This document shows positions 39,249 through 49,636 of a stretch of 64,000 nucleotides of DNA, piece after piece. Numbering within the stretch: position 1 is the first letter of the stretch; each line of letters begins with the position of its first letter. The DNA comes from Slackia sp. (GTDB lineage: Bacteria; Actinomycetota; Coriobacteriia; Coriobacteriales; Eggerthellaceae), in NCBI RefSeq assembly GCF_026168935.1, contig NZ_JAPFDK010000007.1, one strand, 5' to 3'. The position numbers were made by a program, and so were the translations under genes. Under the pieces are notes generated by a model. The model did no database searches and was not told the origin of the DNA. It saw only the letters and a program-made list of their open reading frames with translations.

Positions 39249-40916
39249 ATGGCCGTTTCAAGAAGAGGATTCGTTGGAGCTGCTCTTGCGGGCGCGTTTG
39301 CTGCATGCGGGCTTGCGGCGTGCTCGCCGTCGACATCCGGCAGTGGAAAGGAGCCTGCGTCGAACGATGCTTCTGATTGGAAGTCAAGACTCGATGTCAT
39401 GCTTTCGAGCGCGTTGCCCGGCAACACGTCCGAAGATGTGGATGTGCAGGAAACCCAGGATTTCGATGTCGTGGTTGTGGGCGCTGGATGCTCGGGGACC
39501 AACACCGCTGTGCGCGCTGCGCAGGCGGGGCTCAGGGTCGCCCTTGTGGAGAAAACTTCTCATCTCGGCGGTGCAAGCCTGAAATCATGGGCTCCGTCTG
39601 TTCCGAACAGCTCTTTTGCAAAGGCGGCTGGTGTGACCACCGATACGGAGCCGATTATTCAAAACTGGATTGCCGATTCGCATTGGCGCGTGAACGCGGC
39701 CGCGATTCGTCAGCTGGTTAATTCTTCATCGGCTGCTGTCGACTGGATGGCCGAGCACGGGTGGAATTTCACCTATCTCGGCATGGGGGCCGACATTACC
39801 GCGCTTCCCGAATACGACGAGCGCGGGCCACTTTTTGACGCCATGGTGGAAGAATTCGTCAAGCCCGAAGGAGCGGTGTTCTTCGAAACCACTGCAAAGC
39901 GTTTGGTTAAAAACGAAGACGGCTCGATCGGCGGTGTAGTGGTCGTCGATAATGAAGGCCGCGGTGTGCAGTTGAACGCGCGCGCCGTGGTTATTGCGAC
40001 GGGTGGCTACGGGGCAAATGCGGCCATGGTAAAGGCGGCTTTTGGTTTTGAGGGCGTGTTTGCAGGCTTGCCTCAGAACATTGGAGAAGGCCTCGAGATG
40101 GCATGGCATGCAGGCGCGTGCAAGCCTCAAAACTTCGGCGGTCAAATGCTGCATCAGACGCTGGCGCGCGCAACCGATTCTTTGTTGTCGTCGTTCGATG
40201 ATTTTCCCGCCAAGTATCCCATGATTCTTTCATATGTGGCCAATGTGCTCAATGTGGGACCGACGGGCGAGCGTTTCCGTAGCGAGTCGCTCGTACTTGA
40301 TGCGGTTCCTGCCGCCAATTCGAGCGCCTATCAAGGGTCGTTCCATTACGTGATCGTGTCGAAATCTATGATGGATATGCTTGAAGCACGGGGCCTTGCC
40401 GGTTTGGGCGTTGATTACTCGCCTGGTCTGCCTCCTGAGTACAAGCCCGTTTACGATCTGGATACGCCCTGGGAGAACATCACGGACGTGTTCGAGCGCA
40501 TGGTAGAGGACGGAAAAGGGTACAAGGGCGACACTGCCGAAGATTTGGCGCGTGCCGCAGGAATGGACGCCGAGATTTTTGCCGCCCAGCTGGCATCCTA
40601 TGACGCCTCCTGCGAAGCGGGGGTCGACGAACAGTACGGCAAGCCTGCGGCATATCTGAAGAAGCTCGGCGAGGGGCCGTACTACGCGATTATCGCCGAA
40701 GAAAACAACCTCTGTTCGTGGGGAGGGTTGCTTGTAAACACCGACTATCAAGTGCTCGACGATGCGAAATTGCCGATTAAAGGCTTGTACGCAGTCGGAA
40801 ATGAAGCAGGTGGAAACTTGTACAACGACACCTATGTCGGATTTGGCTATGGCATGGCTAACACGATTACGTCGGGATATTTGTGCGGCACGAAGCTCGG
40901 GGAGGCCCTGTCGTAG
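39249..40916 (+). CDS. Tat-exported lipoprotein FAD-dependent oxidoreductase (fumarate-reductase/flavocytochrome-c flavoprotein family)
   Basis: The twin-arginine signal with lipobox is [26 protein letters not shown]. The FAD dinucleotide fold is [30 protein letters not shown] and the C-terminal motif is [13 protein letters not shown] is aggaggagg. Confidence 0.85.
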   Translation: MAVSRRGFVGAALAGAFAACGLAACSPSTSGSGKEPASNDASDWKSRLDVMLSSALPGNTSEDVDVQETQDFDVVVVGAGCSGTNTAVRAAQAGLRVALVEKTSHLGGASLKSWAPSVPNSSFAKAAGVTTDTEPIIQNWIADSHWRVNAAAIRQLVNSSSAAVDWMAEHGWNFTYLGMGADITALPEYDERGPLFDAMVEEFVKPEGAVFFETTAKRLVKNEDGSIGGVVVVDNEGRGVQLNARAVVIATGGYGANAAMVKAAFGFEGVFAGLPQNIGEGLEMAWHAGACKPQNFGGQMLHQTLARATDSLLSSFDDFPAKYPMILSYVANVLNVGPTGERFRSESLVLDAVPAANSSAYQGSFHYVIVSKSMMDMLEARGLAGLGVDYSPGLPPEYKPVYDLDTPWENITDVFERMVEDGKGYKGDTAEDLARAAGMDAEIFAAQLASYDASCEAGVDEQYGKPAAYLKKLGEGPYYAIIAEENNLCSWGGLLVNTDYQVLDDAKLPIKGLYAVGNEAGGNLYNDTYVGFGYGMANTITSGYLCGTKLGEALS

Positions 40917-40971
40917 GACGGCAGGTTTTCGAAATTGCCTTCTTACCGCAATTCGCTTTGATCTTTGTGCT

Positions 40972-41010
40972 ACCGTCGTGCTGGATTCGTCCAACACGAC
41001 GGTTTTTTTT
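40972..41010 (+). terminator. Rho-independent terminator
   Basis: ACCGTCGTG / CACGACGGT stem followed by T8. Confidence 0.85.
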
Positions 41011-41214
41011 ATCGGGCTTGCGCATTGCGTCTCAGAGCGATTTCGCGGGGTGGGGTTTCGCATGCCCTTGCATTGCTTGGCCGCTTTTCGTTCTGCGACG
41101 CCGATTCTGGAGAGGATGGGGGCGTTCGTCAAAGTTTCGCTTGCGAAACGCCGATGGCGAGTAGAATGGGCGTCATTCGTTAATCTCCATCGAGCAGGAA
41201 AGGAAGGGCCCGAC

Positions 41215-42882
41215 GTGTTGTCAGACATTGAAATTGCCCAGTCCGTAACCCCCGAGCATATTTCCGCCATTGCGGACCGTGCCGGCGTCCCCGAAAAGTA
41301 TCTTGAGATGTACGGCTCATACAAGGCCAAGGTAGATTACAACTTGCTGCTCGATGAAAAGCACGAGCCTGGCAAGCTTATCCTTGTGACCGCCATCAAT
41401 CCCACGCCTGCAGGCGAAGGCAAAACCACTACGACGGTCGGCCTGGCCGACGGCATGCGCAAAATTGGCAAGAACGTGGTCGTCGCCCTGCGCGAGCCTT
41501 CTCTTGGTCCCGTGTTCGGCATCAAGGGCGGCGCTGCCGGCGGCGGCTGGGCCCAGGTCGTTCCCATGGAGGATATCAACCTTCACTTCACGGGAGACTT
41601 CCACGCTATCGGTGCTGCCAACAATCTGCTTGCCGCTATGATCGACAATCACATCCACCAGGGTAACGAGCTTGGGTTCGACGTGCGCAAGATCACCTGG
41701 AAGCGCGCCGTCGACATGAACGACCGTCAGCTGCGCAATATCGTCTGCGGCATGGGCGGAAAAGCCCACGGCGTGCCGCGTGAGGATGGCTTCGACATCA
41801 CGGTTGCCTCCGAAATCATGGCCATCTTCTGCCTGGCCACCAGCATCACCGACCTCAAGGAGCGCCTCGCACGCATCGTGGTCGGCTATACGCGCGATGA
41901 TCAGCCTATCACTGCTGGTCAGCTGAACGCCGAAGGCGCTATGACCGCATTGCTCAAAGACGCTTTGAAGCCCAATCTCGTGCAGACGCTCGAAGGAACC
42001 CCCGCATTCGTGCATGGCGGCCCCTTCGCAAACATCGCTCACGGCTGTAACTCCATCATGGCGACTCGCATGGCTATGGCTTTGGGCGATTACTGCATCA
42101 CTGAGGCCGGCTTCGGCGCGGACCTTGGCGCCGAGAAGTTCCTCGACATCAAATGCCGCCTTGCGGATTTGAAGCCCGATGCCGTCGTCGTCGTTGCTAC
42201 CGTTCGTGCGCTTAAGAATCATGGCGGCGTTGCCAAGGCCGACCTCAACGAGGAGAACCTCGAAGCCCTCGAAGCCGGTCTTCCCAACTTGCTGCAGCAT
42301 GTGGAAAACATCACGAAGGTCTACAAGCTTCCCTGCGTCGTTGCCATCAACGCGTTCCCGACCGATACTAAGGCAGAGCTCGACCTGGTCGAGGCCAAGT
42401 GCAAAGAGCTCGGCGTCAACGTGGCCCTGTCCGAGGTGTGGGCGAAAGGCGGCGAGGGCGGCATGGCTTTGGCGGAAGAGGTCGTGCGTCTGTGCGAAGA
42501 GCCGAACGATTTCAGCTTCGCTTACGAGGACGACTTGTCGATCGTCGAGAAGATCGAGGCCATCGCTCAGCGTGTCTACCATGCCGATGGCGTTGATTTT
42601 ACGCCTGCCGCAAAAAAAGAGATTGCGCAGCTCGAGGCCCTCGGCTTCGCTCATATGCCTGTCTGCATGGCGAAGACCCAGTACAGCTTCTCCGATGATC
42701 AGACGAAGCTCGGCGCTCCGCGCGGTTTCCGCATCACGGTGCGCAAGGCGAAGGTTTCGGCCGGTGCTGGTTTCATCGTCGCTTTGACGGGCGATATCAT
42801 GACCATGCCCGGTCTTCCCAAGCGTCCCGCCGCCGAAAGGATCGATGTGGACGAAACGGGCAAGATTTCCGGCCTGTTCTAA
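41215..42882 (+). CDS. fhs: Formate-tetrahydrofolate ligase
   Basis: [15 protein letters not shown] and the full-length FTHFS pattern are present. The start is set at the GTG at 41215 (SD aggaaaggaaggg). The track ORF from 40762 is an over-extension that crosses a terminator. Confidence 0.93.
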   Translation: MLSDIEIAQSVTPEHISAIADRAGVPEKYLEMYGSYKAKVDYNLLLDEKHEPGKLILVTAINPTPAGEGKTTTTVGLADGMRKIGKNVVVALREPSLGPVFGIKGGAAGGGWAQVVPMEDINLHFTGDFHAIGAANNLLAAMIDNHIHQGNELGFDVRKITWKRAVDMNDRQLRNIVCGMGGKAHGVPREDGFDITVASEIMAIFCLATSITDLKERLARIVVGYTRDDQPITAGQLNAEGAMTALLKDALKPNLVQTLEGTPAFVHGGPFANIAHGCNSIMATRMAMALGDYCITEAGFGADLGAEKFLDIKCRLADLKPDAVVVVATVRALKNHGGVAKADLNEENLEALEAGLPNLLQHVENITKVYKLPCVVAINAFPTDTKAELDLVEAKCKELGVNVALSEVWAKGGEGGMALAEEVVRLCEEPNDFSFAYEDDLSIVEKIEAIAQRVYHADGVDFTPAAKKEIAQLEALGFAHMPVCMAKTQYSFSDDQTKLGAPRGFRITVRKAKVSAGAGFIVALTGDIMTMPGLPKRPAAERIDVDETGKISGLF

Positions 42883-42921
42883 GAGGGGTCGTCCGTTTGG
42901 GCGAATAACGTGTAAAGTGCG

Positions 42922-42955
42922 GTGCGCCGGCTGAAGAGCCGGCGCACTGTTTTAT
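42922..42955 (+). terminator. Hairpin terminator after fhs
   Basis: GTGCGCCGGC / GCCGGCGCAC stem with a 6-nt loop, followed by TGTTTTATT. Confidence 0.7.
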
Positions 42956-43026
42956 TCTTGCCGACGGTCGGCGGTGCTGCCGGCCATTGATAGCTGAGTA
43001 TTTTGATTTTTCGCAGAGGAGTCTCG

Positions 43027-43650
43027 GTGATAGATACGAAATTCACGGACGATCTTGCAAGCAAGGCGCCTGTTCCGGGCGGCGGTGGGGCATCGGCTTA
43101 TGCCGGCGCGCTTGCGGCGGCGCTTGGTTCCATGGTCGCCAACCTCACGATCGGCAAACCCAAATTCGCCGACCGCGATCAGGCCCTTCAAGAAACCCTT
43201 GCTGGGCTCGACGCTTATCGCGGCGAGCTGATCTCTTTGATCGACGGCGACGCTGAAGCGTTTTCGAAGCTTGCCGCATGCTGGAAGATGCCGAAGGACA
43301 CGGAGGAAGAGAAAGCGCGCCGCTCACGTGCGGAGCAGGAAGCTCTGCACGCCGCATGCGAAGTCCCGCTTTCCATCATGCGCGTGTGCGCCCAGGTCGT
43401 CGAAGCGGACGAATACCTCGTGCTCAACTCGGCGAAGCTTGCCCTGTCCGATGTGGGCGCTTCTGCGGTGCTTGCGAAAGCGGCGCTTGAGGCCGCGTCA
43501 TTGAACGTGTTCATCAATACGGGTCTTATGGAAGACGGCGTCAAGGCTCTTGCATACGAAAAAGAAGCGAACGGACTGATTGAGAAAACCGCTGCCGCGG
43601 CCGACAAAGTGCATGCTGCGGTGCGCGAAGGCATCGTCCGGGTGAGATAA
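43027..43650 (+). CDS. fchA: Cyclodeaminase/cyclohydrolase-family protein (methenyl-THF cyclohydrolase FchA-like)
   Basis: PVPGGGGASAYAGALAAALGSMVANLT is the FTCD_C-type signature. A GTG at 43027 is preceded by SD agaggag. The track start at 43003 is a TTG. Confidence 0.8.
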   Translation: MIDTKFTDDLASKAPVPGGGGASAYAGALAAALGSMVANLTIGKPKFADRDQALQETLAGLDAYRGELISLIDGDAEAFSKLAACWKMPKDTEEEKARRSRAEQEALHAACEVPLSIMRVCAQVVEADEYLVLNSAKLALSDVGASAVLAKAALEAASLNVFINTGLMEDGVKALAYEKEANGLIEKTAAAADKVHAAVREGIVRVR

Positions 43651-43683
43651 GTTCGTAGAAACTGGGTGTAGAGGAGAGAAAGA

Positions 43684-44544
43684 ATGCCTCGAATTCTTGC
43701 AGGCAAGCCGATTATCGATGCATTGAAGGAGGACGGCCTGAAGCGCGTTGCCGTGCTAAAGGGTCGTGGCATCGACCCTGTGTTGGCCATTGTTCGTGTC
43801 GGGTCTCGCCCGGACGATTTGTCCTATGAAAGAACCGCCATCAAGAGGGCGGAAGCTTTAGGCGTCGGCGTTCGTTTGTTTCAGCTCGATGAGAATGCCG
43901 GCCAGGAAGCGCTGATGAAAGCCATTGGCGAGATAAATGCTGATCAGGATATTCACGGATGCTTGATGTTTCGCCCGCTTCCGGCAGGCTATGACGAAGA
44001 GGCAGCGTGCGAAGCGCTCGACCCGCGCAAAGACGTCGACGGCATCGGCCGTACGGCGCTTGCTCGCGTGTTCACGGGCCGCGGCGAGGGCTTTGCGCCG
44101 TGTACGGCTGCGGCATGCTTGGAGATGCTCGACGGATACGGCATAGATCCGACGGGCAAAAGCGTCGTTGTCGTAGGTCGCAGCCTGGTGGTCGGGCGTC
44201 CGGTTTCCATGATGCTGCTTGAACGCAATGCCACTGTGACGGTGTGTCATTCGCGCACGGAGAATCTGCCTGCCGTGGTGAAGGCTGCCGATATTGTGGT
44301 GCTGGCTACGGGCCGTGCCAGGGCATATGACGAAGCGTATTTCTCGTCTGGGCAGATCGTGCTCGACGTGGGCATCAACATGGATGAAGATGGGAATTTG
44401 TGCGGCGATGCCGATTTCGACTCTGCGGAGGCTGCCCTCGGCGACGAGGGGGCTATCACGCCGGTTCCTCGCGGCATCGGCGGCGTGACCACGAGCGTGC
44501 TGATGAAGCATGTGATCGAGGCGGCGCAGCGCTGCGGTGCTTGA
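43684..44544 (+). CDS. folD: Bifunctional methylene-THF dehydrogenase / methenyl-THF cyclohydrolase
   Basis: GKSVVVVGRSLVVGRPVSMMLL (NADP fold) and ITPVPRGIGGVTTSVLM are present. Confidence 0.92.
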   Translation: MPRILAGKPIIDALKEDGLKRVAVLKGRGIDPVLAIVRVGSRPDDLSYERTAIKRAEALGVGVRLFQLDENAGQEALMKAIGEINADQDIHGCLMFRPLPAGYDEEAACEALDPRKDVDGIGRTALARVFTGRGEGFAPCTAAACLEMLDGYGIDPTGKSVVVVGRSLVVGRPVSMMLLERNATVTVCHSRTENLPAVVKAADIVVLATGRARAYDEAYFSSGQIVLDVGINMDEDGNLCGDADFDSAEAALGDEGAITPVPRGIGGVTTSVLMKHVIEAAQRCGA

Positions 44545-44638
44545 TGCCTGAGCCTAAGGGGCGCGATCTCCGTTTCGTGCGGAATGCGCTCGCATGGACT
44601 CGTCTGCGACGGTGCTTCGTTGCCACGTAAAACGAACG

Positions 44639-44662
44639 AAAAGGAGCTTCGGCTCCTTTTTT
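44639..44662 (+). terminator. Rho-independent terminator
   Basis: AAAAGGAGC-TTCG-GCTCCTTTT stem-loop with a T-run. Confidence 0.85.
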
Positions 44663-44786
44663 GCTATAGACCGAACTTTACTTCGATCTGACTCCCCCTT
44701 GACGTGCGTTTGATAACGGCTTCCTAAAGTACTTCGTGGCGTTTGTTCGCAGTGAAACGAATCTTCGATGAAAGGAATGCCGAACA

Positions 44787-45677
44787 ATGAAAGCTAAGAA
44801 ACTCCTTGCACTCGCTCTGTCTTGCGTGTGCGCCCTCGGTGCGTTTGCCCTGGCAGGATGCTCGGGCGGAAGCGACGCTTCTTCCGACGGGTCCGGCTCT
44901 TCCGCGGGCGGGGCAATCTCTGTCATCTCCCGCGAGGACGGCTCTGGCACGCGTGGGGCATTCACCGAGCTCTTCGAGATTGAGGATGCTGACGGCAACG
45001 ACGCAACCACCACCTCCGCAGTCGTTACCAATTCCACGTCGGTCATGATGACCACGGTTGCCGGCGATCCGAATTCCATCGGATATATCTCCCTGGGCTC
45101 CCTGAACGACACGGTGAAAGCCGTTGAGATCGATGGCGTTGCTCCGAGCGCCGATGGCGTGAAGGACGGTTCTTACAAAGTCGCGCGTCCGTTCAACGTC
45201 GTTGCTGGCCAGAATCTTTCCGATGTCGCACAGGACTTCCTCAACTTCATCATGAGCTCTGACGGTCAGGCTGTTGTGAGCGAGGAGAACTACGTCTCCG
45301 TGGCAGACGATGCTCAGCCCTATGTCGCTTCCGGCAAGTCCGGCAAGGTCGTCGTCGCTGGCTCTTCTTCCGTGACCCCCGTCATGGAGAAGCTCGCCGA
45401 GGCATACCAGGCTCTGAACCCCGATGTTAACATCGAAGTTCAGCAGTCCGACTCTTCCACCGGCGTTCAGTCCGCCATCGACGGCACTTGCGACCTCGGT
45501 ATGGCCTCTCGCGAGCTGAAGGATTCCGAGACCTCCCAGGGCGTTAAGCCGGTTGTCATCGCCATGGACGGCATCGCGGTTGTTGTCAACAACGATTCCG
45601 CCGTCAACGGCTTGACCTCTGAGCAGGTCAAGGGCATCTTCACCGGCGAAATCACCGACTGGTCTGACGTCGCATAG
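44787..45677 (+). CDS. pstS: Phosphate ABC transporter substrate-binding lipoprotein
   Basis: A signal peptide plus lipobox (LAGC) and PBP-like-2 motifs (SREDGSGTRGAFTE, GSSSVTP) are present. It is the first gene of the pst operon. Confidence 0.88.
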   Translation: MKAKKLLALALSCVCALGAFALAGCSGGSDASSDGSGSSAGGAISVISREDGSGTRGAFTELFEIEDADGNDATTTSAVVTNSTSVMMTTVAGDPNSIGYISLGSLNDTVKAVEIDGVAPSADGVKDGSYKVARPFNVVAGQNLSDVAQDFLNFIMSSDGQAVVSEENYVSVADDAQPYVASGKSGKVVVAGSSSVTPVMEKLAEAYQALNPDVNIEVQQSDSSTGVQSAIDGTCDLGMASRELKDSETSQGVKPVVIAMDGIAVVVNNDSAVNGLTSEQVKGIFTGEITDWSDVA

Positions 45678-45689
45678 CGATTACACGTT

Positions 45690-46541
45690 ATGAAAGGCAT
45701 CAAAGAGTCTCTCGCGAAGGTGCTTTTCACGGCTGCTGCGGGGGTTTCGATCCTCGCAGTGGCCTTGATATGCGTCTTCCTCTTCGCAAGCGGTGTGCCC
45801 GCTATTGGAAAAATCGGCGTGGTCGAGTTCCTTACGGGAACCGTATGGCGCCCAGCAAGCGAGACGTTCGGCATTCTGCCGATGATTCTGGGCAGCATCT
45901 ACGCAACGCTCGGAGCGCTTGTTATCGGAGTTCCGACCGGTCTTTTTTGCGCCGTGTATCTTTCTCGCTTTGCCAGCCCTCGCGTTAAGCGTATCGTGAC
46001 GCCCGGCGTTGAGCTTCTTGCCGGCATCCCCTCGGTTATCTACGGCTTCTTCGGCCTTGTGGTGCTCGTGCCGCTTATTCGCCAGCTCTTTCACGTGCAG
46101 GGCATGAGCCTGCTTGCTGCATCCATTATCTTGGGCGTGATGATCCTTCCCACCATTATCACGGTCGCCCGCAATGCGCTTGATGCGGTTCCCGATAGCT
46201 ACTACGAAGGTGCGCTTGCGCTTGGAGCCGATCACGAACGAAGCGTGTTTCGCGTCCTGGTCCCCGCTGCGGGGTCGGGCATCATGGCAGGCATCGTTCT
46301 CGGCATCGGTCGCGCTATCGGCGAAACGATGGCGGTGGTTATGATCGCCGGCAATCAGGTCCAGATTCCCGGCAGCATTCTTGAAGGCGTGCGCACGCTC
46401 ACGACCAACATCGTCATGGAAATGGGCTATGCGGCCGACTTGCACCGCGAGGCGCTCATCGCAACCGCTGTGGTCCTGTTCGTGTTCGTGCTCATCATCA
46501 ATCTGGCTTTTGCCGCTTTGAATGCGAGGTCTAAGAAGTAA
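45690..46541 (+). CDS. pstC: Phosphate ABC transporter permease PstC
   Basis: 6-TM permease with the EAA loop (YYEGALALGADHERSVFRVLVPAAGSGI). It sits in the expected operon position. Confidence 0.9.
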   Translation: MKGIKESLAKVLFTAAAGVSILAVALICVFLFASGVPAIGKIGVVEFLTGTVWRPASETFGILPMILGSIYATLGALVIGVPTGLFCAVYLSRFASPRVKRIVTPGVELLAGIPSVIYGFFGLVVLVPLIRQLFHVQGMSLLAASIILGVMILPTIITVARNALDAVPDSYYEGALALGADHERSVFRVLVPAAGSGIMAGIVLGIGRAIGETMAVVMIAGNQVQIPGSILEGVRTLTTNIVMEMGYAADLHREALIATAVVLFVFVLIINLAFAALNARSKK

Positions 46542-47395
46542 TGAATACCGTCTCTTCGTCTGCCGCGCGCAAGCCGCACAAAAGAAAGTCATCCGCCTTC
46601 TTGAACCTTCTCGTGCACTGCGCCGCGGTTCTCACGGTTGCCGTGCTCGTGGTGATCGTCGGCTATATTCTCGTGATGGGCGTCCCCAACCTGAAGCCGG
46701 AGCTGTTCGCCGTCGAATACAACTCCGAGAACGTCTCCATGCTTCCGTCCCTGGTCAACACCTTGTTAGCCGTTCTCCTGACACTGGTCATCGCCGTGCC
46801 CCTTGGCGTCATGGCGGCGATATTTCTCGTGGAGTACACCACGCGAGGCAATAAGTTCGTCAAAGTGGTGCGCGTTACCGCCGAGACCCTCGCGGGCATT
46901 CCCTCCATCGTGTACGGCCTGTTCGGCATGCTCTTCTTCGTGACGTTTCTGAAATGGGGCCTCTCGCTTCTTTCGGGATGCCTGACGCTTGCGATCATGG
47001 TGCTTCCCACCATCATGCGTACGACCGAGGAGGCTTTGCGTGCCGTGCCCGATTCGTACCGCGAAGGAAGCTTCGGTTTGGGGGCCGGCCGTTTGCGCAC
47101 GGTGCTTTCGGTCGTGCTTCCTCCCGCCATGCCAGGAATCCTGGGAGGCATCATTCTTTCGATCGGCCGCATCGTCGGAGAGTCTGCTGCGCTGATCTTC
47201 ACGGCGGGAACGGTTGCTGCCATTCCCATGGGCGTGTTCGATTCCGCCCGCACGATGTCCGTGCATATGTATGTGCTTTCGTGCGAAGGCCTCCATATCG
47301 ACGCAACCTATGCAACGGCCGTCGTCTTGCTGATCATTGTGGTTCTCATCAACGCATTGGCCTCGTTTGCTGCGAAGCGCATCACGAAGGCTTAG
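46541..47395 (+). CDS. pstA: Phosphate ABC transporter permease PstA
   Basis: 6-TM permease ([28 protein letters not shown]). Its start overlaps the pstC stop by 1 nt. Confidence 0.9.
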   Translation: MNTVSSSAARKPHKRKSSAFLNLLVHCAAVLTVAVLVVIVGYILVMGVPNLKPELFAVEYNSENVSMLPSLVNTLLAVLLTLVIAVPLGVMAAIFLVEYTTRGNKFVKVVRVTAETLAGIPSIVYGLFGMLFFVTFLKWGLSLLSGCLTLAIMVLPTIMRTTEEALRAVPDSYREGSFGLGAGRLRTVLSVVLPPAMPGILGGIILSIGRIVGESAALIFTAGTVAAIPMGVFDSARTMSVHMYVLSCEGLHIDATYATAVVLLIIVVLINALASFAAKRITKA

Positions 47396-47408
47396 AAAGG
47401 AATCTCAC

Positions 47409-48221
47409 GTGAGTGAAAACATCACCGACCAAAAGACGCCTGTCTCAGAGGGCGGCATCGAGGTCGTGCCGACGAAAATCGCCGTGAACAATCTTGACCT
47501 GTTCTATGGCGACTTTCATGCGCTGCACGGCGTGAACATGGATATTCCCGCGAATAAGATTACGGCTTTCATTGGGCCGTCCGGCTGCGGCAAGTCAACG
47601 CTGCTGCGTACGCTCAACCGCATGAACGACCTGGTTGAGGGGTGCCGCATCGAGGGCGAGGTGAATCTTGACGGGGAGAACATCTACGCCAAGGGAACCG
47701 ACGTGAACCTGCTGCGCCGCCGGGTGGGCATGGTGTTCCAGAAGCCCAATCCGTTTCCGATGAGCGTTTTCGACAACGTTGCCTTCGGCCCGCGCACCCA
47801 CGGCATCAAGGACAAGGCGAAGCTTGAAGAGATTGTCGAAAATGCCCTGCGAAAGGCGGCGATCTGGGACGAGCTGAAAGACCGCCTCAAAAAAAGCGCG
47901 CTCGGCCTTTCGGGAGGCCAGCAGCAGCGATTGTGCATAGCTCGCGCCTTGGCGGTCGAACCCGAGGTGCTTCTGATGGATGAAGCCACGAGCGCGCTCG
48001 ACCCCTTGTCCACCGGCCGTATCGAGGACTTGGCTATCGAATTGAAGAAGGATTACACGGTCGTCATGGTGACCCATAACATGCAGCAGGCCGCACGCAT
48101 TTCCGACATGTGCGCGTTTTTCCTGCTGGGCGATCTGGTTGAGTACGGCGATACGCAAACGCTGTTCAGCCATCCGGTCGACAAACGCACCGACGACTAC
48201 ATCACGGGAAGGTTTGGCTGA
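47409..48221 (+). CDS. pstB: Phosphate ABC transporter ATP-binding protein
   Basis: [36 protein letters not shown] and [11 protein letters not shown] are present. The GTG start at 47409 has SD gaaagga. Confidence 0.93.
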   Translation: MSENITDQKTPVSEGGIEVVPTKIAVNNLDLFYGDFHALHGVNMDIPANKITAFIGPSGCGKSTLLRTLNRMNDLVEGCRIEGEVNLDGENIYAKGTDVNLLRRRVGMVFQKPNPFPMSVFDNVAFGPRTHGIKDKAKLEEIVENALRKAAIWDELKDRLKKSALGLSGGQQQRLCIARALAVEPEVLLMDEATSALDPLSTGRIEDLAIELKKDYTVVMVTHNMQQAARISDMCAFFLLGDLVEYGDTQTLFSHPVDKRTDDYITGRFG

Positions 48222-48222
48222 T

Positions 48223-48879
48223 ATGCGCGATGTGTTTCAACAGCAGCTTGCGCTGCTCGACGCCCAGCTGCTGGTCATGGCGTCTTCGATGCAGGATGCG
48301 GTCTCTGACGCCATCAAGGTCATGGAGGACCGAAGCGACGATTTGGCGAAGAAGGTCATAGATGGCGATGATGAAATCGACCGTCAGGAGCGAGAGATCG
48401 AAAGCCTGTGCCTGAAGCTGCTTTTGACGCAGCAGCCCGTGGCGGGCGATCTGCGCCGCGTGTCGGCGGGCTTGAAGATGGTCGGCGATATCGAGCGCAT
48501 CGCAGACCAAGCAGCAGATATCTGCGAGACTTCCATTTCCGCCGACGAGGCCTTCGACGCGCACCTTGCCGTTCATTTGCGCCGCATGGGCGAGTGCGCT
48601 TGTGATATGGTGCATGATGCTGTGGAGGCATTTGTCGAACAGGATTTGGAGAAAGCACGTGCGGTCGTCGGCCGCGATGAAGAAGTGGACGCGTTGTTCG
48701 ACGCGGTCAAAACGGGCGTGATCACGACGATCCAGGAAGGATCAGGCTCGGCGAACGGCCTAATCGGCGCTCTCATGGTGGCGAAATACCTTGAACGAAT
48801 CGGCGATCATGCTCAAAATGTTGCCGAATGGGTAGGATACTCCCTCACGGGATACTACAAAGGAGACCTGATCGGATGA
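48223..48879 (+). CDS. phoU: Phosphate signalling complex protein PhoU
   Basis: Two PhoU repeats are present (DDEIDRQEREI..., DEEVDALFDAV...; ERIGDHAQNVAEW). The ATG lies 2 nt after the pstB stop. Confidence 0.9.
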   Translation: MRDVFQQQLALLDAQLLVMASSMQDAVSDAIKVMEDRSDDLAKKVIDGDDEIDRQEREIESLCLKLLLTQQPVAGDLRRVSAGLKMVGDIERIADQAADICETSISADEAFDAHLAVHLRRMGECACDMVHDAVEAFVEQDLEKARAVVGRDEEVDALFDAVKTGVITTIQEGSGSANGLIGALMVAKYLERIGDHAQNVAEWVGYSLTGYYKGDLIG

Positions 48880-49634
48880 TCTACTATCTCGAGGATGACG
48901 AGCAGATCCGCAATCTTACGCTTTATACGCTTGCGCAGACCGGGCATGAAACGCAGGGCTTTTCCTGTGCCGCCGAACTGTACAAAGCTATCGAGCATGC
49001 GGTTCCCGACCTGTTCATTCTCGATGTAATGCTTCCTGGCGAAGACGGTATCTCTGTTCTCAAGAAGCTTCGCGCATGCGAAGGCACGGCCGATGTCCCC
49101 GTGATGATGCTTACGGCGAAATCGACTGAGTTCGACACGGTTACGGGGCTTGACGCCGGCGCGGACGACTATCTGGCGAAGCCTTTCGGCATGATGGAGT
49201 TGCTTTCGCGCGTGAACGCTCTGCTGCGTCGCGCCCGCCGCAATGAAGAACGGGCGCGTCAGGCTGCGGATTTGGTTCGCGCCGAAGCCGAGTCATCTCA
49301 TTCGTCCGCTTCCGAGCCGCCGCATGGCAAGGAGATTCTCGAAATCGGCCCCATCCGCCTCGATGCCGCGCGCTACCTCGTCGTCGTAGGCGGCAACGAG
49401 GTTCGTCTGACCCATAAGGAATTCGAGACGCTTCGTTTCCTCATGAGCAATTGCGGCATAGTGGTTTCGCGCAACCAGCTCCTCATTCAAGTATGGGGCT
49501 ACGAAGTGGCGGGGGAGACGCGCACGGTCGATGCGCACATCCAGACTTTGCGAAAGAAAATCGGCGAAATCGATCAAGAGGCCGCGTCCCTTATCGAGAC
49601 GGTTCGCGGTGTCGGATATCGCATGAAAGGCTAG
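48876..49634 (+). CDS. OmpR/PhoB-family response regulator (PhoP/PhoB-like by context)
   Basis: The receiver domain (DLFILDVMLPGEDG, KPF) and winged helix (LTHKEFETLRFL, VRGVGYRM) are present. The ATG overlaps the phoU stop. The inter-domain linker is unusually long at about 30 aa. Confidence 0.88.
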   Translation: MIYYLEDDEQIRNLTLYTLAQTGHETQGFSCAAELYKAIEHAVPDLFILDVMLPGEDGISVLKKLRACEGTADVPVMMLTAKSTEFDTVTGLDAGADDYLAKPFGMMELLSRVNALLRRARRNEERARQAADLVRAEAESSHSSASEPPHGKEILEIGPIRLDAARYLVVVGGNEVRLTHKEFETLRFLMSNCGIVVSRNQLLIQVWGYEVAGETRTVDAHIQTLRKKIGEIDQEAASLIETVRGVGYRMKG

Positions 49635-49636
49635 GC

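Noticed and set aside
40762-41214. N-terminal extension of about 150 aa on the fhs ORF. Similar extensions occur at 53826-54146 on pepV, 55637-55804 on bioY (which overlaps tRNA-Leu), 61571-61669 on the AAA+ gene, 12663-12737 on argB and 32604-32780 on the permease.
   Set aside because: The extensions cross terminators, a tRNA or upstream genes, and they lack homology-like sequence. Internal starts with good Shine-Dalgarno sequences reproduce the canonical N-termini.
41011-41214. ZTP (pfl-motif) or THF riboswitch upstream of fhs/folD.
   Set aside because: The conserved CCGCCUGGGC pseudoknot segment and the GGGUCGUG...CUGGCG core are not present. The region only has generic GC-rich hairpins.
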